From Treponemataceae bacterium (GTDB lineage: Bacteria; Spirochaetota; Spirochaetia; Treponematales; Rectinemataceae): a DNA stretch of 64,000 bases. Shown piece after piece: positions 55,264-64,000 of the stretch. The notes under the pieces were generated by a model. That model saw only the letters and a list, made by a program, of their open reading frames with translations, was not told where the DNA came from and made no database searches. The DNA lies in assembly GCA_963678065.2 (NCBI GenBank), contig CAXXVZ010000002.1:224001-288000 (forward strand), read 5' to 3'. Within the stretch, counting starts at the first letter, position 1, and the number at the start of each line of letters is the position of its first letter. A program made the translations under genes and the position numbers.

Positions 55264-56880
55264 TCAGGAACGAGCTTCCAAAGTTCTCACCGGGATCGAG
55301 AAAAAGAAAGTCGCTCCTTCTCCCACGCGCCCCTCGGCGCGCACGGAGCCCCCGTGCCGGTGCACGATTCTCTGCACAGTGGCGAGTCCCACGCCGGTTC
55401 CCGGATACTCCGTGGCGCTGTGGAGGCGCTGGAAGACGCCGAAGAGTTTGTCGGCATAGGCTGGGTCGAATCCGGCGCCCGAATCCTTCACGGAGTACCG
55501 GCATTCCCCACCCTCCACTTTGCCTCTGATCTCGATGCTCCGGACCGCCGACCTCATCGAATACTTGAAGGCGTTGGATATCAGGTTGTACCAGACCTGC
55601 CGGAGGAGGGTCGCATCGCCCCATGCATCGGGGAGGGAGACGACAGATATTTTAAACGTACCGCGCGTTTCCTCGGTCTCCGCCTCGGCGAGGACGGCGC
55701 CGACCATCGCATACATGTCGACGTTCTCGTACGCCAGGGATGCCTTCCCCACGCGGGACAGATTCAGGAGGCTGGCTATCAGCCCCTCCATCTTGAGAGT
55801 GTTGGCCCTGATTCTTTCCACAAGCCTCTTTCCATCCTCGTCGAGCTTGTCTCCGTGGTTTTCGATCAGGAAATGGGAATACCCGTCGATGGCGCGCAGG
55901 GGAGCCCGGAGATCGTGCGATACCGAATAGGAGAAAGACTCGAGTTCCTTGTTGGCCTTCTCCGCCTCCTCCGTCAGCCGCTGCAACTCGTCGCGCTGTC
56001 GTGTCAGCGCGAGCGTGTGCTTCCCGACCTGGAAACGGAGGGTGACTATGAAGATGAGGGCGACGATGCCCACGAGCACGAGGAAAAACAGAAGGATAAG
56101 CACCCACAGCGGCAGAGCTTGTGATTCGGGCGCTTCAAGGTATCGCCTCTTGAGCTGCTGCAGCGTTCCGGGCGAGCGGTCCTTGATCTCCCGGAGGCCG
56201 AGGTCGATTCCGTCGAGCAGCTGCGCGTTCGTTCCGGTCTTGACGGCGAAACCGTAGGCCCTCGGCGAAAAGACGATGTGGGTGTCGGTGTAGCTGCCGT
56301 TCTTCATGAGAAAGACGAGAAGGTGAGAAGGAAGGACGATGCCATCAGCCTTTTTCGCGACGAAGGATTTGATCTGGCTGTCGGCGCCGTCGCTGTAGAT
56401 GGGGATCACCGTCGTGTTGGCCGCGCGGACGAACTGGAGGAATTCGTTCGTCTCGTTCCTGCCCCGGACGAGGGCGATGGTCCTGCCCTGAAGGCTTTCA
56501 ATGCCCGCGTAGGCGACGCCGGATTGAAGGAGGAGAGAGCCCCATGTCGCGATGACGCTCTCCCTGTTGTAATCGAAGAGCCTGTCTCCGGTAAAATCCC
56601 TGCCGACGAAGCCGAGGAGGTCGATTTCCCCCGAGTCGAGCATGGTGACGCATCTGTCCCAGGGGGCGTCGATATACTCGAGCGTCCAGCCCTGCTTCGC
56701 GGCTATCATTTCCTGAAGTTCGTAAAAATACCCGCTCCGTCTTCCGTTTTTATCATAGTCGTAAATTCCGGGGATCACCGGGAAGCCGACCCGCACGACA
56801 CGGCCTCCGGCCCAGAGGGGGCCCGCGAGAATCAGCAGAAAAAGCCAGCCCAGATTGGCGTTATGGCTTTTTAAGCGCAT
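55264..56880 (-). CDS. Sensor histidine kinase with periplasmic PBPb (family 3 SBP) domain
   Basis: N-terminal VRVGF...LDSGEIDL; TM helix; motifs SVSHDLRAPL, NLISNAFKY, DSGAG and GTGVGLA. Confidence 0.9.
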   Translation of the reverse strand: MRLKSHNANLGWLFLLILAGPLWAGGRVVRVGFPVIPGIYDYDKNGRRSGYFYELQEMIAAKQGWTLEYIDAPWDRCVTMLDSGEIDLLGFVGRDFTGDRLFDYNRESVIATWGSLLLQSGVAYAGIESLQGRTIALVRGRNETNEFLQFVRAANTTVIPIYSDGADSQIKSFVAKKADGIVLPSHLLVFLMKNGSYTDTHIVFSPRAYGFAVKTGTNAQLLDGIDLGLREIKDRSPGTLQQLKRRYLEAPESQALPLWVLILLFFLVLVGIVALIFIVTLRFQVGKHTLALTRQRDELQRLTEEAEKANKELESFSYSVSHDLRAPLRAIDGYSHFLIENHGDKLDEDGKRLVERIRANTLKMEGLIASLLNLSRVGKASLAYENVDMYAMVGAVLAEAETEETRGTFKISVVSLPDAWGDATLLRQVWYNLISNAFKYSMRSAVRSIEIRGKVEGGECRYSVKDSGAGFDPAYADKLFGVFQRLHSATEYPGTGVGLATVQRIVHRHGGSVRAEGRVGEGATFFFSIPVRTLEARS

Positions 56881-58426
56881 TCGGCCTGCTTTTCCACGCG
56901 TCGTTCCATATTTTCTCCATCTTGCGCGAGCCTTTCTTCTCGAGGTTCGCGGCATACTCCTTCCAGCCCCTGTCGATGTCCGAGCTCCCCGTGATGAAAG
57001 CCCTGATCATGCCGCTCACGTAGTTCGTCAGCTCCGCGCCGAAAACCCGGATCGTGTCCAGGTCGTCCGCCGAAAGGGTCAGGGTCGGCGACAGCTTTTC
57101 CGTCACCTTCCTCGCCAGCACCTTGTTGAGAAAATCCGCTATCTCCGGCGGCTTCTTCGCGTCTTCGAAATCGGGAACCTCGCAGAGATCGAACACGACA
57201 CTGAGACCAAAATCCCTGCCGATCTCTCCTTTCGCGTCCGGGTGGGTGAAGCTCCTGATCGAGGGCAGGAATTCCTTCTTTCCGCCCGAAACCGAGTATG
57301 TCGTGCCTTCCACGCCCCAGACGGAAAGGCTGCGCCCCTCCTCGGAATAATAGATCCAGTCGAGGAATTCGATGAGTCTGCGGAAATACGGCTCGCGGAT
57401 GACCCTCACGGGAATCGCCGTTCCTTTCCGGAAACGGGCCACGCCCGGCAGGGCCTGGATTCCGACCGTGCTCCTCGGAACCATGAGGGGAGCCCATGTC
57501 CCTCCGGGAAATCCGTTCCCCGCGAGCTGTTTGTTCCAATTGTCGAATCCCGACGAGATCCATGTGACCGTCACGAAGGTGCTGCCGTCCACCAGCTTCC
57601 TGTAGAACAGCTCAGGCTCCTGCGTGAAAATGTCGGGATCGAGAAGTCCGGCCTTGTAACACCGGGCGAGGAAGCGGAACATCTCCTGCCAATTCTTTGT
57701 GCCGGGGGCGTAGATCCAGGAATCCATCTTCGGATCGTAGAGCCTGTCGCCGTTCCAGCCCGCGGGAATCCCGAAGCCGGAACCCATCATCGCGAAGAGG
57801 TGAGCGCCTCCCCAGCATGCGCTGATCGGCCTCGACTCCGGATACTTCTCCTTGAGGAAGATCAGGGCCTTGAAGAGTTCATCGTAGGTCGCGGGAGCGG
57901 GAATCCCGTACCGGTCGAAGAGATCCTTCCGGTAAATCCACTGCTGCACCTGGATTTCCCGCTGGAATCCGGGAAGCACATAATACTTGCCGTTCTCGTC
58001 CCTGAGCTTGTCGACTTCCTCTTCGAGACCGTTGTCGCGGATGTAGCGGGTATAGTTGGGCATGAGGTATTCGTAGTCGCTGATGGGGAGGAGGAGTCCC
58101 GAAGCGGCGAAGGACACTACCGGCTCGGGCCAGACCTTGAGGACTATGTCCGGAATGTTTCCCGAGCCAAGCACCTCGGGAAGGGTTTTGCCATATGTGG
58201 AGTCCGGAACGGCTCTGACCGAAAAGTGTACGTTCTTGCGCCTTTCGATTTCTTTCAGTATGAGCCAATCGGGTTTAAAACCGATCCCTTCCTTTTCATT
58301 GAGCAGCACAGAGAAGGAGATCGGCTCCGGCAGCTTTGCGCCGGAGGGCTGAGCCGAAACCGGAAGCGCCGGCAGAAGGAAACAGAGGAAAACAAAGAGG
58401 CCCGGCAGGATTCTTTTCGCGGCCAC
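56861..58426 (-). CDS. Extracellular solute-binding protein (family 1, LplA-like), orphan
   Basis: Signal peptide; motifs IPDI, MPNY, GKYYVLP, YRKDL and FLDWIYYSEEG..WGVEG; GTG start after GAGGAGG. Confidence 0.85.
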   Translation of the reverse strand: MAAKRILPGLFVFLCFLLPALPVSAQPSGAKLPEPISFSVLLNEKEGIGFKPDWLILKEIERRKNVHFSVRAVPDSTYGKTLPEVLGSGNIPDIVLKVWPEPVVSFAASGLLLPISDYEYLMPNYTRYIRDNGLEEEVDKLRDENGKYYVLPGFQREIQVQQWIYRKDLFDRYGIPAPATYDELFKALIFLKEKYPESRPISACWGGAHLFAMMGSGFGIPAGWNGDRLYDPKMDSWIYAPGTKNWQEMFRFLARCYKAGLLDPDIFTQEPELFYRKLVDGSTFVTVTWISSGFDNWNKQLAGNGFPGGTWAPLMVPRSTVGIQALPGVARFRKGTAIPVRVIREPYFRRLIEFLDWIYYSEEGRSLSVWGVEGTTYSVSGGKKEFLPSIRSFTHPDAKGEIGRDFGLSVVFDLCEVPDFEDAKKPPEIADFLNKVLARKVTEKLSPTLTLSADDLDTIRVFGAELTNYVSGMIRAFITGSSDIDRGWKEYAANLEKKGSRKMEKIWNDAWKSRPNALKKP

Positions 58427-58625
58427 GATCGCCTCCTCGCATTCGGGTATACGAATCGACGACACACAGAACCGACCGATTCAGCCACTAAGTATAGTGC
58501 ACACTCATCGCAATGCAAGCGACCTGTTCTTCGGTTAGTTTCTGCATCAGGCAAGGCGGCGAGGCCGCTCGTGCGTTTCAGGAATGTCCGCATGTTTTCC
58601 TGCCACGTGTGGCGCGCTTTTTCCA

Positions 58626-58690
58626 TTGACAGCAGCCGGAAGCGGATCGATACTATAGTTCGATTCAGATTATATCGAAGTAGAACTATA
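58626..58690 (+). promoter_or_regulatory. Promoter with 37-bp candidate MarR operator (copy 1)
   Basis: TTGACA-N17-GATACT; TATAGTTCGATTCAGATTATATCGAAGTAGAACTATA (58654-58690). Confidence 0.7.
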
Positions 58691-58718
58691 TCATTCATCG
58701 CGATCGGGGAGGCAAGAG

Positions 58719-61010
58719 ATGCCCGCCACATCCGTCCCGGACAAGGGTCTCGATCAGGGAAGCGGGACCCATCGTCTCGCACCCCGACAGAGGTTCCGCC
58801 GACTCCTCCTGGACATGCACATCCCCGACTGGGACGAGGCTTTTCTGTCGGCCTTCGATCCTGAAGCCATGGCGTCCACGTGGTCCGCAGCCGGAGTCGA
58901 ATCGGTGATGTTGTACTGCCTCTCCCATGTCGGCCTCGCGTACTGGCCGAGCGGGGTCGGGCCCGTGCACGGCGCTCTCGGGAAGAGAGATCTCGTCGGA
59001 GAGTCGGTCGCCGCCTGCAAAAGGCTGGGCCTGGAAACCTTCGCGTACTACAGCGCCATTTTCAACAACAGGGCATGGATCGACCATCCTGACTGGCGGA
59101 TCGTTCCGAGCGCCCCTGTCGCGAAAGGCTCCTTCATGGGCAAGCGCTACGGCCACCTCTGCCCGAACAACGCGGAGTACCGGCGTTTCGCGCTCGCCCA
59201 GGTCGACGAGCTTGCGGGAAACTACCCCTTCGACGGGTTCTTTTTCGACATGACCTTCTGGCCCGCGATCTGCCTCTGCCCGAGCTGCCGCGAACGATTC
59301 CGCTCCGAGGCAGGGCAGGAAATACCCGAAACCGTGGATTGGTTTTCGCAAGCCTGGTGCCAGTTCCAGTCCGCGCGGGAGAGGTGGATGAGCGAATTCG
59401 CCCTTCTCCTCTCGGCCGAGGTCAAAAAGATCAGGCCAAAGATGCCTGTCTACCACAACTCGGCGGTATTGCTGTTCAACTGGAGCCGTGGTCTCGACTT
59501 CGACCATGCGGGCGCGAGCGATTTCCTGGGCGGAGATTTCTACGGCGACGAACTCGAGCAGCAGATGACGAGCCGCTTCATGAACGGTCTCTCGAAGAGC
59601 CGGCCGGTGGAATTCATGACGAGCCGCACCCTGCACCTCCAGGACCACGCGCAATCCAAGTCTCGAACCCGGATAGAAATGCAATCCCTGGCCGCGCTGG
59701 GTTCCGGCGCGGCGATCCGCTTCATCGACGCGGTCGATCCCATCGGTACAGTCAATCCCGGGGCGTACAGGCAGCTTGGCGACATATTTTCCTCTCTGGC
59801 GCCCCTGGAACAGTTCATCGGCGGCGACCCTGTCGAGGATATCGCCGTCTATCTGAGCGACCGCTCCAAAATGAGCTTCGAAGAAAACGGCCACTCCATC
59901 GGCGACCCGGGACTCCGATCGGGCTTTATGCCGCATCTGGATGCCGCGCGGGGAGCCGTCAGAGCGCTGCAGCGCGCCCACCTCCCTTTCGGGATCGTGA
60001 CGCGCAAAGCGCTGTCCCGACTCGGCGACTATCGCGCGCTCATCCTGCCTGACGTCCTGCGGATGGACGAGGAAGAGATGGCGGCCGTGCGGGCATATGT
60101 CCTCGGCGGGGGGCGGCTGTATGCCAGTCGCTTCACCTCCTTGACGATGACCGACGGACGGCGTCTTGAAAACTTCGGCCTCGCCGACCTTTTCGGCTGC
60201 GAGGTCGATGGCGGCGCTGCCGGCGCCAGCGGATTCTCCGATGCCGTCGGCTTGACCAGTGCGGCGGGCTTCTCCGGAGTAACCGACCAGTGCCCCAGTC
60301 TTCCCGGGAGCATAGCCTACATCGAAGCGAAGGACCCGGAGCTGTCGGGCGCCATTTCGCCGCAACTCCTCCTGAGCCAGCCCCTCACCCGGAACGGGGC
60401 CCCGGGCCTCATCGCGCTGCATCCGGTCGGAGGGCGCGCGCCGGCTGACGGAGAGCACGCATCGGCTGACGGAGGGGGGCGGACCCGCGTGCTCGCGACC
60501 CTGAAGCTGCCCTACGCCTGGCCGGATGAGGGCTCTGTCGAGGATCGACGCTGGGCGAGCATCCACAGCTCCCCTCCCTGGACCGATACCGGCCTTCCGG
60601 TCGTCGTCGAGCACGAAGCCGGCCGCGGAAGGGTCATCTACTCCGCCGCCGACATCGAGACCGTCGACCATTGGGCCCACGAGTGGTTTTTCCTGGCCCT
60701 TGTCCGGCGTCTTCTCGGCGACGAGACCTCCTTCGGGACGGATGCCCATCCCTGCGTCTGGATGAATGTCTTCCGCCAGCCGGAAAAACGGCGCTACGAG
60801 ATTTTCTTCCTGAATTATCAGGTTCATGAACCTGTCATTCCGCTCGTCGACATTTCTTTCCGCCTCCGCCTCCCTGCGGGCCTGCGCGCGCTGTCCCTCG
60901 TCTCGGCTCCCGAAATGGAAGCGGTCGAATTCAGCTGTTCCGATTCCGGCACAGTCAGCGCCCGCCTCGACAAACTCGACCTGTACCGGATTCTCCTTCT
61001 CGAATACTGA
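58719..61010 (+). CDS. Glycoside hydrolase-like protein (GHL6/GH151 alpha-L-fucosidase-like TIM barrel + GH42-type trimerisation domain)
   Basis: Motifs RRLLLDMH, SHVGLAYWPS, LCPN, DGFFFD and CLCPSC; GATase-like LILPD...YVLGGG; no signal peptide. Confidence 0.7.
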   Translation: MPATSVPDKGLDQGSGTHRLAPRQRFRRLLLDMHIPDWDEAFLSAFDPEAMASTWSAAGVESVMLYCLSHVGLAYWPSGVGPVHGALGKRDLVGESVAACKRLGLETFAYYSAIFNNRAWIDHPDWRIVPSAPVAKGSFMGKRYGHLCPNNAEYRRFALAQVDELAGNYPFDGFFFDMTFWPAICLCPSCRERFRSEAGQEIPETVDWFSQAWCQFQSARERWMSEFALLLSAEVKKIRPKMPVYHNSAVLLFNWSRGLDFDHAGASDFLGGDFYGDELEQQMTSRFMNGLSKSRPVEFMTSRTLHLQDHAQSKSRTRIEMQSLAALGSGAAIRFIDAVDPIGTVNPGAYRQLGDIFSSLAPLEQFIGGDPVEDIAVYLSDRSKMSFEENGHSIGDPGLRSGFMPHLDAARGAVRALQRAHLPFGIVTRKALSRLGDYRALILPDVLRMDEEEMAAVRAYVLGGGRLYASRFTSLTMTDGRRLENFGLADLFGCEVDGGAAGASGFSDAVGLTSAAGFSGVTDQCPSLPGSIAYIEAKDPELSGAISPQLLLSQPLTRNGAPGLIALHPVGGRAPADGEHASADGGGRTRVLATLKLPYAWPDEGSVEDRRWASIHSSPPWTDTGLPVVVEHEAGRGRVIYSAADIETVDHWAHEWFFLALVRRLLGDETSFGTDAHPCVWMNVFRQPEKRRYEIFFLNYQVHEPVIPLVDISFRLRLPAGLRALSLVSAPEMEAVEFSCSDSGTVSARLDKLDLYRILLLEY

Positions 61011-61059
61011 TTCCCGAATACTGTGAAGCGGGAAATCGGCATGGATCGCATTTTTTTCC

Positions 61060-61124
61060 TTGACAGGTGGCGATTCATGGTTCAGTATACAGTTCGATAC
61101 AGAAATTATCGATGTCGAACTATA
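61060..61124 (+). promoter_or_regulatory. Promoter with 37-bp candidate MarR operator (copy 2)
   Basis: TTGACA-N17-CAGTAT; TACAGTTCGATACAGAAATTATCGATGTCGAACTATA (61088-61124), 30/37 identical to copy 1. Confidence 0.7.
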
Positions 61125-61141
61125 TTCGTGACGAGGTATCG

Positions 61142-61711
61142 ATGAAAACAGATGGCGATGTCTTGCAGCGCTACACCGAAGGACAGAGGTTCCTGTTCCT
61201 CGCCGAACAGTGCCTCAACCTGACCAAGAAGGCCCTCGACCCTATCCTGCGCGAGTATGGCCTGAACCATTCGCAGTACCTGATCCTGATGATCCTGAAT
61301 TACGCCGACACGACGGGGCAGCAGGTGATAAGCACCGAACTGTCCTATCTTCTCGGTCGGGAAAAACACACCATCACACCCCTCGTGGAGAGTCTGGTGA
61401 AGGCCGGCTGCATCGAGAGAGGCCGCGATCCGGACGACAGGCGGATCATATCGCTGACCCTCACACCGAAAGGGAAAGACCTGATCAGGAACGTGCAGCC
61501 CCTCACTATTCCGACCATAGCCGACATTCCCCTGGGCACACAGGAAGAGACGGCCACCCTGTTCAGAATCCTGGAAATTTTCCGGAGGACGTACGCGAAA
61601 AGGTCGGGACAGGACCCGGATCTGTACAGCGGGGCCTTCAACCGCCTGTTGGTCGAAGGGGAGCGCAAGCTGCTCGAGGGCGCGGAAACAGCGGCCCGGG
61701 AAGAAGGGTGA
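61142..61711 (+). CDS. MarR family transcriptional regulator
   Basis: Motifs GLNHSQY, ELS, LVKAGCIER.RDPDDRR and LTPKG. Confidence 0.9.
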   Translation: MKTDGDVLQRYTEGQRFLFLAEQCLNLTKKALDPILREYGLNHSQYLILMILNYADTTGQQVISTELSYLLGREKHTITPLVESLVKAGCIERGRDPDDRRIISLTLTPKGKDLIRNVQPLTIPTIADIPLGTQEETATLFRILEIFRRTYAKRSGQDPDLYSGAFNRLLVEGERKLLEGAETAAREEG

Positions 61712-61716
61712 CGGAC

Positions 61717-62544
61717 ATGCCCAAAATCCTGCTCGGAAACGATGAATTCTACTATGAACAGACAGGACGCGGCGAACCTGTCGTCTTTATTTCCGGAATG
61801 GGAGGCGACCACTCCGACTGGAGATGGCAGCTGCCTTCCCATTCGCGTCACTTCCGCTGTCTTTGCTTCGACAACCGCGGAATCGGCGAAAGCGCCGGGG
61901 CCGCCGCCGGCCTCGGTTCCGGATCGTACACTCTGGAACTGCTCGCGAAAGACGTGGCGCGCCTCATGGACGCGCTTGGCCTGGAAAAGGCTCACATCGT
62001 GGGAGCGTCCATGGGCGGAGCCATCGCGCAGCGCTTTGCCCTGGACCATCCCGGAAGGCTCTTGAGCCTCTCCCTGCATTCGACCCTCGGCCGGGTGAGC
62101 TCACTGACGAGGCTCAAATTCGACACGCAGCTCTACCTTCTCCAGAAGCTGGAAGTCGTCGACGTCCTCATGAGTCTCGCGCCCATGATCTGGGCGGAAC
62201 GCACGCTCTCCGAACGCCGCCACATCATCGAGGCTTTCCGTTCGGCGAGAAGGGAAAAGGGGCTGCCAGTCGGCAAGGAAGTGTATCGCCTCCAGGCGCA
62301 GGCCCTTCTGAGGGCCGACTTTTTCCCGCGGCTCGGGGAAATACGGGTGCCTGTCCTGGTCACGGCGGGGGCGGAAGACGGTCTCATCCCGGCGCATGAA
62401 TCCCGCCTCATCCACAAGGCCATCCCCGGTTCCGAGTATCACCTTTTCGCGGGCTGCGGACACGCATCGACCATGGAGAATTCGCGGGGCTTCAACGCGG
62501 TCTCGCTGAAATTCCTGAAAAAACACGGAGGGCAAACGAGATGA
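61717..62544 (+). CDS. Alpha/beta hydrolase (PcaD-like lactonase/esterase)
   Basis: FDNRGIGES; nucleophile elbow GASMGG; triad motifs GAEDG and GCGH. Confidence 0.88.
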   Translation: MPKILLGNDEFYYEQTGRGEPVVFISGMGGDHSDWRWQLPSHSRHFRCLCFDNRGIGESAGAAAGLGSGSYTLELLAKDVARLMDALGLEKAHIVGASMGGAIAQRFALDHPGRLLSLSLHSTLGRVSSLTRLKFDTQLYLLQKLEVVDVLMSLAPMIWAERTLSERRHIIEAFRSARREKGLPVGKEVYRLQAQALLRADFFPRLGEIRVPVLVTAGAEDGLIPAHESRLIHKAIPGSEYHLFAGCGHASTMENSRGFNAVSLKFLKKHGGQTR

Positions 62545-63407
62545 TCTTTTCTCTGCTGATCGACGGCCTGTCCGTCGGCTCGGTGTACGCGCTGGTCGCC
62601 GTGGGCCTCGTCATGCTCGCCCAATCGACTGGAACGCTGAACTTCGCCCACGGCGATTTCATGATGTTCAGCACCTTTGTCGCGTATGCCCTTCTCGTGC
62701 AGCTACGCCTGCCCTTCACCGTGGCCCTCATCGGCGCGATGTGCTGCGCGGCCCTCATCGGCCTCGCTGTCGAGAGGCTGATCATCCGCAAACTCATCGG
62801 CGGTCCGATGGCCGCGTCCATCATGGCGACCCTCGGGATCGCCTACATCCTCCAGGGCGTGGCGAAGAACATCTGGTCGGACGATATCTTCCGCTTCCCC
62901 GAGTTCTTCCCCGGCGATTTCATCAAGATAGGCAGCGCCAGGATCTCGCCCCAGAGTCTCGGGGTCATCGTGTCGACGATTGTCGTGATCTCGATCCTCT
63001 ACCTCTTTCTCAACAGGACCAAGGCTGGCACGGCCCTGCGCGCGCTCACGCAGAACCGCCAGGCGGCCACCCTCATGGGGGTCCGGGTGACACGCATGTA
63101 CGCCCTCTCCTGGGCCCTCGGCGGTGTGCTCGCCGCACTCGCGGGCATCCTTCTCGCGCCCGCCCTCTTCCTCTCCACGGGCATGGGCGGAATCACCTTC
63201 ACGGGAATCATCGCGGCCATCATCGGCGGTTTCGGAAACATCTACGGGGCGATAATCGGCGGCTACATCCTGGGCGTGTTCTCCTCCATCCTGCCGCTCT
63301 TCATCCCGACCGAACTCCAGGGCATCATCCCCTTCGTCCTCCTCATGCTCGTGCTGTTCATCAAACCTACGGGAATAATCGGCAAGCGCACGGTGAAGAA
63401 GGTATAA
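62541..63407 (+). CDS. livH: Branched-chain amino acid-type ABC permease (LivH-like)
   Basis: Motifs GSVYALVAVG, LNFAHG, GTALRA, IGGFG and KPTG. Confidence 0.9.
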   Translation: MIFSLLIDGLSVGSVYALVAVGLVMLAQSTGTLNFAHGDFMMFSTFVAYALLVQLRLPFTVALIGAMCCAALIGLAVERLIIRKLIGGPMAASIMATLGIAYILQGVAKNIWSDDIFRFPEFFPGDFIKIGSARISPQSLGVIVSTIVVISILYLFLNRTKAGTALRALTQNRQAATLMGVRVTRMYALSWALGGVLAALAGILLAPALFLSTGMGGITFTGIIAAIIGGFGNIYGAIIGGYILGVFSSILPLFIPTELQGIIPFVLLMLVLFIKPTGIIGKRTVKKV

Positions 63408-63408
63408 T

Positions 63409-64000
63409 ATGGAAAACAAAAACAGAAAGCTGTCGCGCTTCATCCTGCCGCTCGGCCTGATCGCCCTGTATTTCGCGAGTCCTTTCTTCCTTTCCGAGTA
63501 CTGGCGCTACCTCCTGCTGATCATGTCCGTCATGGTCATCGTCGTGCAGGGTCTGAACGTCATGATCGGCTTCGCCGGGCTCTTCTCCTTCGGTCAGCCC
63601 GGTTTTATGGTTTTCGGCGCCTATTTCGGAGCGATACTGGCCACGAAACTCCCCTGGCTTCCCTTCCCGGTCGTCATGATCGCGGTCGGCTGCGCCTCCG
63701 CCCTTCTCGGGGTCCTGATAGGTTTCCCCTGTCTCCGGCTCCAGGGTTTTTACCTGGCCATGGCCACCTTCGGCTTCACCTCCGCGGTCTACCAGCTCAT
63801 CAATTACCTGAAGCCACTGACAGGCGGGAACGAGGGCATGTACGCTCCCGCGCCGGCTATCGCGGGCATCCGCCTCGGGTCCACGCAGTGTGTCCTCCTG
63901 ATCGCCGCGGTCTGTGTCGTGCTCGTGCAGTTCATCGTGCGGGAGATCGACCACTCGAGGACGGGCAGGGCCTGGAAGGCCATCCGCGACGACGAAATCG
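63409..64000 (+). CDS. livM: Branched-chain amino acid-type ABC permease (LivM-like), truncated by the window end
   Basis: Read by hand from MENKNRKL; motifs GLNVMIGFAGLFSFGQ, RLQGFYLAMAT, TGGNEG and GRAWKAIRDDE. Confidence 0.85.
   Translation, partial: MENKNRKLSRFILPLGLIALYFASPFFLSEYWRYLLLIMSVMVIVVQGLNVMIGFAGLFSFGQPGFMVFGAYFGAILATKLPWLPFPVVMIAVGCASALLGVLIGFPCLRLQGFYLAMATFGFTSAVYQLINYLKPLTGGNEGMYAPAPAIAGIRLGSTQCVLLIAAVCVVLVQFIVREIDHSRTGRAWKAIRDDEI

Overview
High-GC, densely coding bacterial chromosome segment. The gene repertoire suggests an anaerobic, saccharolytic free-living spirochaete, but that is an inference. I saw no rRNA, tRNA, CRISPR array or mobile element. In order, the window holds: (1) a solute-binding protein coupled to a truncated membrane sensor; (2) a minus-strand glycan locus with GH105/88, two Gfo/Idh/MocA oxidoreductases, a TIM-barrel enzyme, a YesMN-like two-component system, a CUT1 ABC transporter, two UroD-fold proteins and a divergent AraC; (3) reverse rubrerythrin-perR; (4) an operon divergent from IclR encoding a split transketolase, a DhuI-like RpiB isomerase, an IolD-like ThDP enzyme and IolA/MmsA; (5) an operon with a FadR-type operator encoding SCP2, a Gfo/Idh/MocA-M24 fusion, a divergent BKACE, an SDR, an epimerase and a CUT2 ABC transporter; (6) LacI, oppABCDF and a serine hydrolase; (7) trpE-GD-C-F-B-A; (8) Lrp-DUF917-hydantoinase-NCS1; (9) an orphan solute-binding protein with a histidine kinase; (10) a probable MarR regulon with a GH151/GHL6-like enzyme, an alpha/beta hydrolase and liv permeases. 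The best novelty candidates are the unexplained catabolic operons at 17.7-23.8 kb and 25.0-34.8 kb. Several cis-elements can be read directly from the DNA: twin AraC-type promoters, a shared 37-bp MarR-type operator, perfect palindromic operators and an orphan 14-nt anti-16S (STAB-SD-like) element.
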